64,000 nt of DNA from Scyliorhinus canicula (Eukaryota). Below, in pieces: positions 49,360 to 60,309 of the stretch. Numbering within the stretch: the stretch's first letter is position 1; each line of letters opens with the position of its first letter. The stretch spans positions 47,516,553-47,580,552 of the forward strand of contig NC_052157.1 of NCBI RefSeq assembly GCF_902713615.1, given 5' to 3'. The translations under genes and the position numbers were made by a program. The notes under the pieces were generated by a model. It ran no database searches, was not told the DNA's origin, and worked only from the letters and a program-made list of their open reading frames with translations.

Positions 49360-52300
49360 TCGCGTCCAAACTTCTGGATGAAAACAATAAAAAATGATGA
49401 GTTACAAAATCAGAAATTTGGCTTTTAATGTTGCAATACATGGAGTAAGGTTAAACATGGCATTCTAATAAGTTTGGAAAAATACCGAGGCATCAATTGA
49501 AAATGATTCTCAGACCCCTTTTCAGATAATGTGTGTTCAACAGCAATGCACATTGTGAGTAACAATACAGGCATAAAATTAAATCTTCATTTCCAATTAA
49601 ACCAGAAGGCTTCAACTTGAAGACGCATGAGGGACCCGACAATCACACTTCACGTTGCCTCAATACTGGGACATTATACCAAACTTTAGATACAGCAGTA
49701 GCCCATGAGGCCTGTTATGTTGGATACTATACACACCAGTCATCTAGAGCAGGCTTTCAGCTTCCGGCCCTGTTAATCATCCTCTCCTTCCTCAAACAAC
49801 AGGCTTAGTTGGCTCCCAATACCACTAAGAAATAGGTTGTCATTATCGCACACTTGTTTAATGCCTTCAAATAAGCTCATCTTTTCCTTCTCAATTACAA
49901 TCAGAGGGCACCAAATTAACTAAGATGTTAACCTCCCAAATAGTTCATCCTCAAATCATCCAGGCTGAGAGAACATCTCTCCAGGGGGAAAGCTCACACA
50001 AATATTACAAGGACCAAAGTAAAGGCAGAAATGGGTGTCAAGTTAGTTTGAAAGAAGTAATAGAAGAGTCTAATTAAGTGTGTTCAATATATGCAAGGTG
50101 ACCAATTATGAAATAAAATAAGGGACACTTTTATGGTAGGGAGTAGGGGGTAGAGGTGGGTGTTGACCATAAGAACGGGAGGGGGAGGGCATTTCTGGTC
50201 ACCTTGTCTCCCCCCCCCCCCTGGTGCCGGCACCAGAGTGCAGATGCTCTCAAAGAAAAACAAGGTAAAGCTAAGAAGTGACTCCCAGGCTCAGTCTCCC
50301 ACAGGCTTTAGAAATAAGGCACCAGAGGCACCCCTTAGGGACACAGGATAAACCGGTAAAATAAAGGACAATCTCTTAAAATATGGGAGAGTTCGCCAGC
50401 CTGAATGTAAGGGCTCTGGCTCCCAGTCTAGCCAGTTGAGGCCCAGTTGCCTGCATTCTTTATATTGTGGGTTTACAGCTTTGGAAGGGGCTGCTTTTAA
50501 CTCTGATGTCTCTTCGTCAAAACACCGAGACCTATCAGTTTCAGCAACTCATGACGTATGGAGAAAAACAATAACATGGAATGAAGGACCATAAATCTCT
50601 GGTACAGCCTCACGTGACCCATGAGGACGGTTATTTGGCCACCCCTGAAATGCCAGACTAATGCTATTATACACAATCCTGCAAAAACATATGAAACTGA
50701 AGTTTGTACGCTTTTATATTGCCATTTATATAGTAGTTTTGGAGTTACTGTGGCTAGTTTTGTTGGTGCGATTTGTCCAAAATCAGTCAAACCAGGGGAG
50801 AAGACGACACTTTTGAGGGCAGCTTACATTCACCTTGACTTGAATCTCTGCCATCTTCTGCGCTAATTTAAAATGGTTATGCTGGAAGCCTGCCTGCCCA
50901 CATAACTGGCCACATCCCCCAGGTCAAATTTATCACCAATTACACATTTCCACTTGTTTATCAAATGGCTCCATAATGAAGCGTTCCTTTTAAGCTCCAA
51001 GGACACAAATCATTTTAAAGCTTCTGGTGAAATATTTTTCTAATTACCAAGAAACTGACTCCTAGACACCAGCATAACTAACAAATCATTCTGTTTGGGT
51101 TCTTTAAATCATTTTCCGTTATTTAAACTCATGTGCAGCTCACAGGCGTGGGCCAGACACTGATGAAAATGCTTGTTTTATGCAATAAACCCATTTTCAG
51201 CCAAATGAATGAAACTTCCCCAATTAAACTCTCTGAAATACATCAAGGAATATTTTAAAAAGAAAACCATAGATGGAAAAAAATATTCTAAAATGCTGTC
51301 CATTTGCATTAGTTCACTTAGCGTCTGGCGATATGCAAAAGCAGTTAGAATTTTGTGTGCAGTGGGTTCCCAGATCGCTGAGTGCACCTAAAGTGGGAAC
51401 TTTATTCTAGTATCTTCAATGTCATTTATTATCGCAAAGACAGATTTAATAAGAATGAACAGAAAACCAAAGATCGATATAAAAAGAAGAGTGACCAAAA
51501 CCTTTGTCTGAGAGGTAAGTAATCTGAGAGAGAGAGGGAGAAGTGTAGAGAAGAAGGAGGTTATGGAGCCTAGGTAGCTACAGACAAGGCTGCCATTTGT
51601 GGAGCAAAGGGAAGGGAGGACGCACAACAGACCTGAGGAAGAGAGAGGTCGAGATGGATTAGACTGGAGGAGGTTACATAGACAGAGAAGGGAGATAAAC
51701 ACAAAAATATTGGGGAAGTTCTGTTTATCTTAAAGAACATTTTAAACATTGTTTGCGTCAATAGACTGGAAAGCATCAATCATTTTGCTTAGAAATTTGA
51801 ACTCTAATTCAGACGACTCGGCATAATATACTTTAGAAAACATTTTAATCAGCATTGGAGATATACACATGGCTGCGGATATCACAAGATAAAAGCAGCT
51901 GACTTTGTATCTTTCAGCAATGGCTGTAAAAAATTAAACTTGACATCAATGAATAAAAGTAATGAACTTGAGAGCCAGTTCCAAGAAAATACAGAAGATT
52001 CCTGCTGACCTATGAATTGGCATTAATAGATTCCCACTTGACTTCGAACAGACTGAAGACTGCACTTCAGCTGCACCCATTCAGGTGAACTTTATCCTTG
52101 ACTATTTACTGAACTTCCTCTGTTGATTGGGTTTCCAGAGAATTGACTATTTCATTCTTCCCACGCTCAAGGTTAAATGCCGTTACAAATTTTGAATTTT
52201 AAAACGTGCCAAAATAAAATGCCACAGATGCAAACATTGTCAGATTCAAATGCGTTAGGTATCCCCTCACGTTGGCCCTGAAAAACTGGGCCACTGTAAA

Positions 52301-52837
52301 GTAAATAAAGAAAACCTTTAGACCGAAGTCTTTTGATCTGCCCATTCCAACTGCTGTCACATGGTGCACATGTGTTTACAGAGCTGAATGGATTCCGTGC
52401 AAATTTTTTTTTGATAGAGGAAACTAAATTTTTTCCAGTTTTCAAGTCCAAGATTTCAGCAGGGTGCTCCTGCTTTCAAACAACAAGATGTCTCCAAAAC
52501 TCAAAGGTTGTTATTCCATGTGGGCTTCCAGCTGTGATCCCATGATCAGTTGGATCATGGGAATCTCACCAGTTCGGATGATCAGATTTCCAAAAGACAA
52601 AACTGGGACCCATTGAAAAGCCTTTGGAAGGTGGGACTCTGCGATGATTGACATTTTGGGCGACCAATGGCAGGAGTCTGAGAGAGGGGCAGCTGACTGT
52701 GGGAAGCCATGTGATGACATCTGTCGGAATATGTCCAGCCAGATTTGGCAGTCCTAGTCCATAGATTGTTTAGGTTTCATTAGCAATGGAGCTGTCGGTG
52801 TTAAAAACCGTAGTGCCACCTCCCTCGGAGACACCAT

Positions 52838-53539
52838 GGGCGCGATTCTCCGCAACGGCCGACGCCGGCGTGAAACCTGGAGTGTTTCACGACAGCGTCG
52901 GAGGCCGCTCCTCGCCCCCTTTTCTCCCCCCCCCCAACCGGGGGGCTAGGAGCAGCGTTGCGGGAAACTCGGCCGCCAGGCCTTGACGCTTCCGTCAAGG
53001 CGGCGCGCCGAGAATGACGTGGCGGACGGCGCCTAAGTGACGTCAGCCGCGCATGCGGAGGTTGGCCGGCGCCAACCCGCGCATGCACGGTTGCCGTCTT
53101 CCCCTCCGCTGCCCCGCAAAATGTGGCAGCTTGATCTTGCGGGGCGGCGGAGGGGAAAGAGTGCGTCTCTTAGAGATGCCGGCCCTACGATCGATGGGCA
53201 CCGATCGCGGGCCAGTCCCCTCACGAGCACGCCCGTGGTGCTCGATCTTCTCTCCGCCCCCCACAGGCCCCACACTTACCTGTTGCGCGCTGTTCACGCC
53301 GGCAGCGACCAGGTGTGGTTGACGCCGGCGTGAACAGGTCGGGATCGTCAGGCCACTCGGCCCATCCGGGCCGGAGAATCGGCAGTCGCCGTGAAAAACG
53401 GCGACCGCCGATTCTTTGAGCGACGTGTCACAAAACGCGACACGCCATTTTGGGGGGGTGGGAGAATCGCGGGGGGGGGGTGCCAGAGCGGCCCTCCCGC
53501 GATTCTCCCACCCGGCCTGGGGAGTGGAGAATCACGCCC
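52838..53539. mobile_element. Harbinger-type MITE, TSD CAT
   Basis: Ends GGGCGCGATTCTCC / GGAGAATCACGCCC flanked by CAT. Very CpG-rich. Confidence 0.88.
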
Positions 53540-54733
53540 CATGGGGGTGATGGGGTGAGGGGACAGGTCTGCTGCATGCAATGCAGTGCAATGTGATGTT
53601 TATAGGAAGAAGGATGACATTTTCCTTCCCAGGCGGCAAGGCCGTTGAATCGCAGGAGAGGCCAGAATCGAGAACCTCGCCAGGCGCTAATCTGTTTGCG
53701 ATCAAACCCGCCCGATCCCGTTGGCAAAATCAGGATCTGGCCTCAGTGTGGTGAGAAACCAATAATCACCACTTAAGCCCAATCTCCATTCAATTAACAG
53801 GAGAGACCCTGTATCTAACAGCCTCCCATGATCTAATGCCCTCCGCAGCAAGTGGTCACATGGGCGCCGGTTAATACACCTTTTTAACAAGGAGAAGCTG
53901 GCAGAAAAGCGGCTGTGGGGACTCGAGGAAGTGAGTACTATCTTCTCTCACGGGCAAAGAGCCCGTGGGCACTGGGTTTGCTGCCCCGGTGCTTAGAGGG
54001 GGTGTAGGAGACACCGAGGGGCCAGCCTCGTTCACGGTGGGTTGCCATTGTTGCGGGGTTGCGGATCAGTGGGAGTGGCCGCCCATGGCTGGGCTAGGCT
54101 GGGGGGGGGGGGGGGGATATGGGTTTTTTAGTGCCAGCGGGTCCAGCATGTCACCCCCCTGGACCATGTGGTCCAATTCCTGGAGCAACCACAGCCCCTG
54201 CCCGCCTGCCCCACCCACCACCCATAACTCCCACTGACCGCGGAGGCCTCTGACCACGCGACTGGATGCTATTGCCAATTGGCAGTTATAGTTAAGTGAG
54301 CATTTCACACATCCCAAGTAGATTCCCATGGGTAAGCGTGCCATGAAGCATGTGGGAGTTATTGCTTAGCATCCCAATCGGACTGCGCTGCCTGGATACT
54401 GTGCCTAAACGCTGCGGAGGGATCATCTGGAATACAGTGGCCAAAATCCGGACATCCAGGGTCTGGGCCCCAGCACCGGGGACATATGCACAACCCGAGG
54501 GTGGGTGAATGCACTGGGAAAGGGACCAGCACCCGGTCCAGGTAACATTACGTGCTGGTGTCTGGGGTACAGGGTCTGGAGTCCAGTGGGCAGCGGCCCC
54601 TGTTGCGGCCAGGGGTACGTGGGCAGAGTGTGTCGTTAGAAGGGGTGGAAGAGCAATGGCCTGACTGGAGGGTCCCAGGATGGAAGACACCGCTGGCTGT
54701 CAGTCCCACACCCTCCCCAATTCCTTACGTGGG

Positions 54734-55938
54734 ATGGACGATATCTTGAACCCCGTGGAAGCTGCCCTCGTGCGGATGGCAGCCAGATGCCGGAGGAGAT
54801 GGCGGCAGCAGCATTGACAGAGGCTTGAGGCAGCGGCCCATGTACACAGCTGTGCCACACACCCTGAGGACCCAGCCGCCCATCAGACCAGGGAGGGACC
54901 CAGAGAGGGAGGCTGGCAACGGCTCAAGGTGCACAGGCATCGCTGGTCTTTCAAAACGATGATGGACAGCAAGTGCACAGGAGGCTCCATCTCAACAAAG
55001 AGACAGGCGGCACCTGTGCCATGTCTTTGTGGACTTGGTGCAATGTGGAAGCGGAGGACACTCGCAGCCAGTGGCTGTCAAGGTCACTCAGCCCTGAATG
55101 CCTATGCTTCAGGATCATTCCAAGGCTGAGGGGGGACTTGTGCGGCATCTCATTAGCTAACAGCCCACAAGTGCCCGAGCAGAAAACTATATAAACTTTG
55201 ACATGGACCAAGCCCAACAAGATACCCGAGCAGCAGGATTCTCTGCCATCGCCGGGTTGCCCCAGGCCCAGAGGCTAATAGATGGTATGCATGTTGTCTT
55301 GCGCTCACCGGGACCATCTGGGAGTGCCCTACATCAACAGGAAGGGTTCCACTCCTGAACATCTAGCTCATGTGCGACCACCTCATGACGATCATGTACA
55401 TGTGTACACGCTTCCCAGGGAGTGTGCACGACAGCTACATCTTGGAGCACTCAGACATCCCCAGCCTGTTCGAAGACCACCCTAGGTTGGCCAGTTGGCA
55501 CTTGGGGATAAGGGGTATCCACTGAGGACCTGGCTAATGACGCCAGTACGAAGGCTGGAGACCATATACAATGAGGCCCATGCGACCACCCGGTCTGCCA
55601 TTGAGCAGGGCATCGGAGTTTTCAAAATATGTTTCCAATGCCTCGACTGCTCTGGTGGTGCACTGCAGTGCACCCCCAGAGAATCGCCCGCTTTGTGGTA
55701 ATCAGCTATGCGCTCCACAACTTGACACACCAGCGGGGCAACGAGGTGGAGGACGAGGAATATGTGGCAACCTCAAAAGAGGAGAAGGATGAAGGAAAAG
55801 CTGGACTAGGAGGGGCTGGAGGACGAGCTTGGTGAGGACCCGCAGGACTAGCCGGAGGATGAAGGACAGGCAGGAGTAGCAAGGGTGCGATAACCCCGGA
55901 AGGCCAGGGAGGCCCTCATTCCCATCCACTTCACATAG
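54734..55938 (+). pseudogene. Harbinger (HARBI1-like, DDE_Tnp_4) transposase pseudogene
   Basis: Motifs [46 protein letters not shown] and [17 protein letters not shown] are spread over several frames, with in-frame stops. Confidence 0.88.
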
Positions 55939-56455
55939 GACATGGCCCTGTCCATCATTCCCCCTCTCCCCACCCTCCCTTCCCATGTCCCCCCGCCCTT
56001 CACCACCCTGCCCCCCCCCCCCCCCCCCACCCCATTCCACCCTCCTAGGGTCTGTGTAACGTCACTCTAGGGTGGGTTGTTGGTTGATGGTATGTATGTC
56101 GCCTTGTGCTCACCGCGCCATCTGGGAATGCCCTACATCAACAGAGCACTGTCAGCGGGTCACTGTTGAGGACAGGGGATGATGACAACCCATAGAGAGC
56201 TGAGTGCTGGACCTCCTCATTCAATGCCATAGCCTGACCCCTTCCTGCCTGCTGGGTGTTCGCTCACTCCAGGGCGGGGGAGTAGGAGGGGGGGAGGGAG
56301 CGGGGGAGCCCAGGGCACCCACAATCGGGTGGATGGGGCAGGGGATTGGTGCTCCTCCCACATTGTTCAACAACGTGTCCGAGGAGTCATGTTGATTGAG
56401 GCCAACAGACTTTAATGGTTTACAAAAGCGCCCCGCATTGCTCCACTCTCCCGAT

Positions 56456-56742
56456 CATAAGAACAACATAAGAACATAAGAACTAGGAGCAGGAGTAGGC
56501 CATCTGGCCCCTCGAGCCTGCTCCGCCATTCAATGAGATCATGGCTGATCTTTTGTGGACTCAGCTCCTCTTTCCGGCCCGAACACCATAACCCTTAATC
56601 CTTTTATTATTCAAAAAACTATCTATCTTTACCTTAAAAACATGTAATGAAGGAGCCTCAACTGCTTCACTAGCCAAGGAATTCCATAGATTCACAACCC
56701 TTTGGGTGAAGAAGTTCCTCCTAAACTCAGTCCTAAATCCCC
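56456..56742 (-). mobile_element. CR1 3' fragment inserted in the Harbinger element
   Basis: Near-identical to 45121-45390; ataagaac tail repeats. Confidence 0.88.
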
Positions 56743-56869
56743 TTTAGGACTGAGTTCTGCCTCACTCACCCCTCCCCTCCCAGACCATCCCCTGCCCACA
56801 CTCTTCCCCCCGAACCCTGCCAGGTGGGTGGTACTCGGGGGAGCTGGTGGCTGCCAGTGCAACTCTGTA

Positions 56870-58386
56870 GGATATTTCTGTCTTGGTCGGTGCTCACAGT
56901 CCTTGGGGTTTACCTCGAGATGGAGGGGCAGCTGGTTCGAGCCCCGGCTACCCCTGTATTGTCTGGCTCTGTGTTTCCCCAATGTATGCAGCATGGTGAT
57001 GCCCCTCAGTGACTGGAACATGCTCTGGAGCACCCCAGCAATGCCCACCTGTGACTAGGATGCATCACCCAGCGACCGGGAAATGCTCTGGAGGGCCTCG
57101 GCAATGCCCACCTGGGATTGGGACATGTCCCGCAGTGCTTCATCAAGGTCCACATGGTACTGGGTCACTTCCCCCAGCAACTGGGATATGCTGTCGAGGC
57201 ACTCAGCAATGGCCAGAACCAACTGAGCCAAGCCTTGGACACCTCCACTCATGCTGCTGGCATCATGTACCAGGCTCTCCACTGCGGTCTCCATCCTACC
57301 AGTGTTGGCCCTGGTGCCACTCATTGCCGGCACCATCTCCTGTGCCCATATCCTCTGGGACTCCTCCAATCAGCTATGGGCCTGCTGAAATGCCGTGACA
57401 TGCCCCGCTGAATCGCACAGCCACACCCTATTGGTTGTATCAGCTCCGGGTAAACCTGTTCCAGAAGCTCAGCATTAACTGGGACCCAGCTGGGTCCTGG
57501 GATCCAGCAAACCTCCGACTGCTGTCTCACCTGGGTGTTCCTGCCTCCACCTGATGTGCATCAGCAACTGTGTAGTGCTCACCAGAATGTGCCCCAGAAG
57601 CCTGTCCACTACTTTCACCCACCGAGGTTCGTGTCTCTGCGCTGGTGGAGGGTGGGGATGACAGCTGTGCCGCGACTATTATGGTGGCATCCTCGGAGCT
57701 CTCCTCCGAGGTGTTCTCTTGGATGGCAGAGAGGGGGGGGGGGGCACGGACCCCAGGACGGGCGGGTTGCAGGTCCTGCGGGAGAATGGAGATGTGGTCA
57801 GTGGGAGAGATGGGTCCGTCTATGTGGCATTAATAACTCACTTTGGTAGGCAATCTGGGTGAGGTCCAGTAGATCCTCACCTCTGCCCCATGCGATGACC
57901 TCTACGTAACTCACTGCTCTGTCTCTGGCCACCCCGCGACCTCCAGGACCCATGCCTCCTAGGGGTTGAGGACCCTGATGTATGGCACCCTGCCACCCGT
58001 TGTGCCCTTTCCCATTGGTTATGGCCAACTTCTCCTGTGGGCGCATAGAGGGGGCCACATGTGTGGTTGCTTGCAGGAGGGTGGGCTTGGGAGTTGGGGA
58101 GAGGGTTTGAGGAGATGGGCTGGATGGGTGGGGGGTAGGTGGCCGAAGGGGGGTCTGGTGCAAACTCGCCCAAGTGGTCAGGTGGAGGTCGTTGACCATT
58201 TTGCGACACTGGATGCCGCTCCTCCTGGTCATGCTCCCTGAGCTGACTGCCACTTCCTCCCAGAAAGCTGTGGCTGACCCTCCCTGAAACTCGGGGGAAT
58301 AGGGCAACCTGTCTGGCCTCCACCACGTTCAACAGTCTGGCCAGGTCGGCATCGCCGAATGGTGGGGCTGGCTGTCTCAGTGGCAT
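56870..58386 (-). pseudogene. Harbinger Myb/SANT-like (trihelix) accessory gene, spliced and frameshifted
   Basis: APPFGDADLARLLNVVEAR...LFP, WEEVA, QCRKMVNDL and EKLAHN motifs. Intron signals near 58037, 57879 and 57775. C-terminal coiled-coil repeats. The 3' end is approximate. Confidence 0.75.
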
Positions 58387-58589
58387 ATCTGCAAGCTGAG
58401 TGGGGTTGGCTGTGCAGGAGCGGTTTAACTGCTGCTTGGGGCCTTGTTAAATGGACCAATTAACATTTCATAGCAGTGACGGTCTTGACATGCCGAGCAT
58501 TGGGATGTTCGTGGCAGCTCCTGCTCGCTACCACACTTTGAAACGTTTTGGTTAAATCGCACCCTATATTTAACATAAAGGGAAAAAGT

Positions 58590-58694
58590 GAAAACCGGGA
58601 CATTTGGACTATTTCGAGGAATTTGTGGGGACACTGGGACATTTAATGAAAAACCGGCACTGTCCCAGCAAAACCAGGACGTCTGGTCATCCTA
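58590..58694. mobile_element. hAT-Blackjack-like MITE end
   Basis: Repeated gggac motifs ending ggacgtctggtcatccta (TAGGGTGACC-type TIR). Confidence 0.5.
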
Positions 58695-60038
58695 ACAATC
58701 CCCTCTATCCCAATACATACAACATGGCAAAGAAGGCTTGGAGTTTGGTACTTACGTAAACCTAAAATAAAGATTATTCAATGTTAACAAAACAATATTC
58801 ACAGGCTTAATTTTTTAAAAAGCCCCAAAACATTCAAAAATAAACATGATACATGCACTGAGGGAGTCATTTAGATAGTTTGGAACACATGTTCTTACAT
58901 AGCCTGAACAGCGGTAAATACCGACCGAGCCGAAATCACCAGTCTGCTTACTTAAACATTTGCTATAAATGATGCTACTTTTGCCATGAAATTGAAAGTG
59001 AATCAATGGACATCCAGTCAAGAGCGACAGTAAAAACTGAGCGAGCCTTTGTCTAGTTTGCACATAAATTATTAACAAGGTTTCTCTTTTGCAATTAAAT
59101 TTGGTGTGTAATGGATTTACATTGAAGAAGTTAACAATTTAAGTCAACACTTAAATTGATCTGTAGCTTTTTTGTGCAAATGTAAGGCAGAGTTCTTTAT
59201 TTCTCCTTTTAATTTTAACTTTTGAACACCCCAACCTTCGACATCTGAGAACAGCTGCAGAGAAAGTGATTGAAAAACTTTGAATTAAATTCCCCCGCGC
59301 ATGATAACACTTTGTGTAATGCTACATGGACTGAGGTTAAGTTGGTTCTGCATTACAGTTCTGTAAGCTACACCCAATCTTTATATGTCATGATCATAAT
59401 TTATGACCAGCTCTTTAAAACCAGCTAGTTTTTAAGTTTCTCTATTTTAAGAAGTGGGAATGTATGTCTACAGAGACCATAATTAAATCAGACCTAACAC
59501 GGTCTATACAATAAAGCAGCTGTACTTGAACCTCATTCATTACAGAACAGAAGTCAATGAATGACAGCATGATTTCAACGTTATTAACCCTCGGAGGACT
59601 GTGGTACTATTTCAGTGCCACTTGCAAGTATATAAAAGTTCTGTTTTCCTTAATTTCGAATATTCTCATGAACAAGATGAGACTTATTCCAACATAATCT
59701 GAATAAGTACAGCAGAACATTCTTTAGAAACCACAACAGTCTGTTTGCATTTTGAAAGACATATCGGCCATGTTTGCCCTCAAAGATTATCAGCCATTTG
59801 AACACTCTGCAATACCCGTTAGGGCTTGACAGATTGTGCTGGTTCATCTGATTTTATTGGACCTCTTCGTTCTCTAGAATTCCGACAGATGTTTAGTTAT
59901 TTTCGATCTGCAGATGCAAGGAACAACACAGGATTAGCAAAATGGTGCACACCCATCTCCACACTCCAAAATACCATCAAATCGAGTTCATCAACCATAA
60001 AATAAGACCATGTGCTCACTGCTCCTGTACATAATATA

Positions 60039-60044
60039 TTTATT
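60039..60044 (-). terminator. Candidate AATAAA poly(A) signal of the CEMIP2-like gene (alternatives at 59853-59858 and 59196-59201)
   Basis: TTTATT on the plus strand downstream of the stop codon. Usage is unknown. Confidence 0.3.
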
Positions 60045-60112
60045 TATGGCAATGATACAGAAGTGGCAGCAATTCAGCAGATTCTCTCTCCTCCTTGTGG
60101 TCACTTTATAGT

Positions 60113-60309
60113 CTAGTTTGAAGATGTTAGGTCTTGAAACAACTTTAAATCTCTCCGGTTTTCCTTGACTTTTCCAGGGCATCCATATTCACTCAGTTTC
60201 AATGGGACATAATGCTGCAAGGAGGCAGCTAGCTGTCCAACACTGTGACTTTGAATCTTAATCCATGCTGGTTTCAGCCGACCCTTGAATCCTAGCATAG
60301 CAAAACTTC
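60113..60309 (-). CDS. Terminal coding exon of a CEMIP2/TMEM2-like cell-surface hyaluronidase (GSFAMLGFKGRLKPAW...VPLKLSEYGCP...RRDLKLFQDLTSSN*)
   Basis: Acceptor tttttgattttag, TAG stop. The LGFxGxxKPxW plus PLxLxEYGCP...RRDL C-terminus is the CEMIP2-type ending, which CEMIP lacks. Orthology versus paralogy is unresolved. Confidence 0.85.

Larger units (their letters stand above)
53628..58564. mobile_element. Decayed autonomous-type Harbinger/PIF DNA transposon (left end eroded, approximate)
   Basis: Convergent DDE transposase and Myb/SANT-like genes. Right TIR ttaaatcgcaccc (reverse complement GGGTGCGATTTAA) ends at 58564. Confidence 0.85.

Noticed and set aside
50497-50790. Hydrophobic ORF as the CEMIP signal-peptide exon
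   Set aside because: No convincing phase-1 donor; 49218-49287 fits the peptide and splice phase better.
54734-58386. Domesticated HARBI1/NAIF1-type host genes
   Set aside because: Multiple stops and frameshifts, a retained TIR and a CR1 insertion indicate a dead transposon copy.
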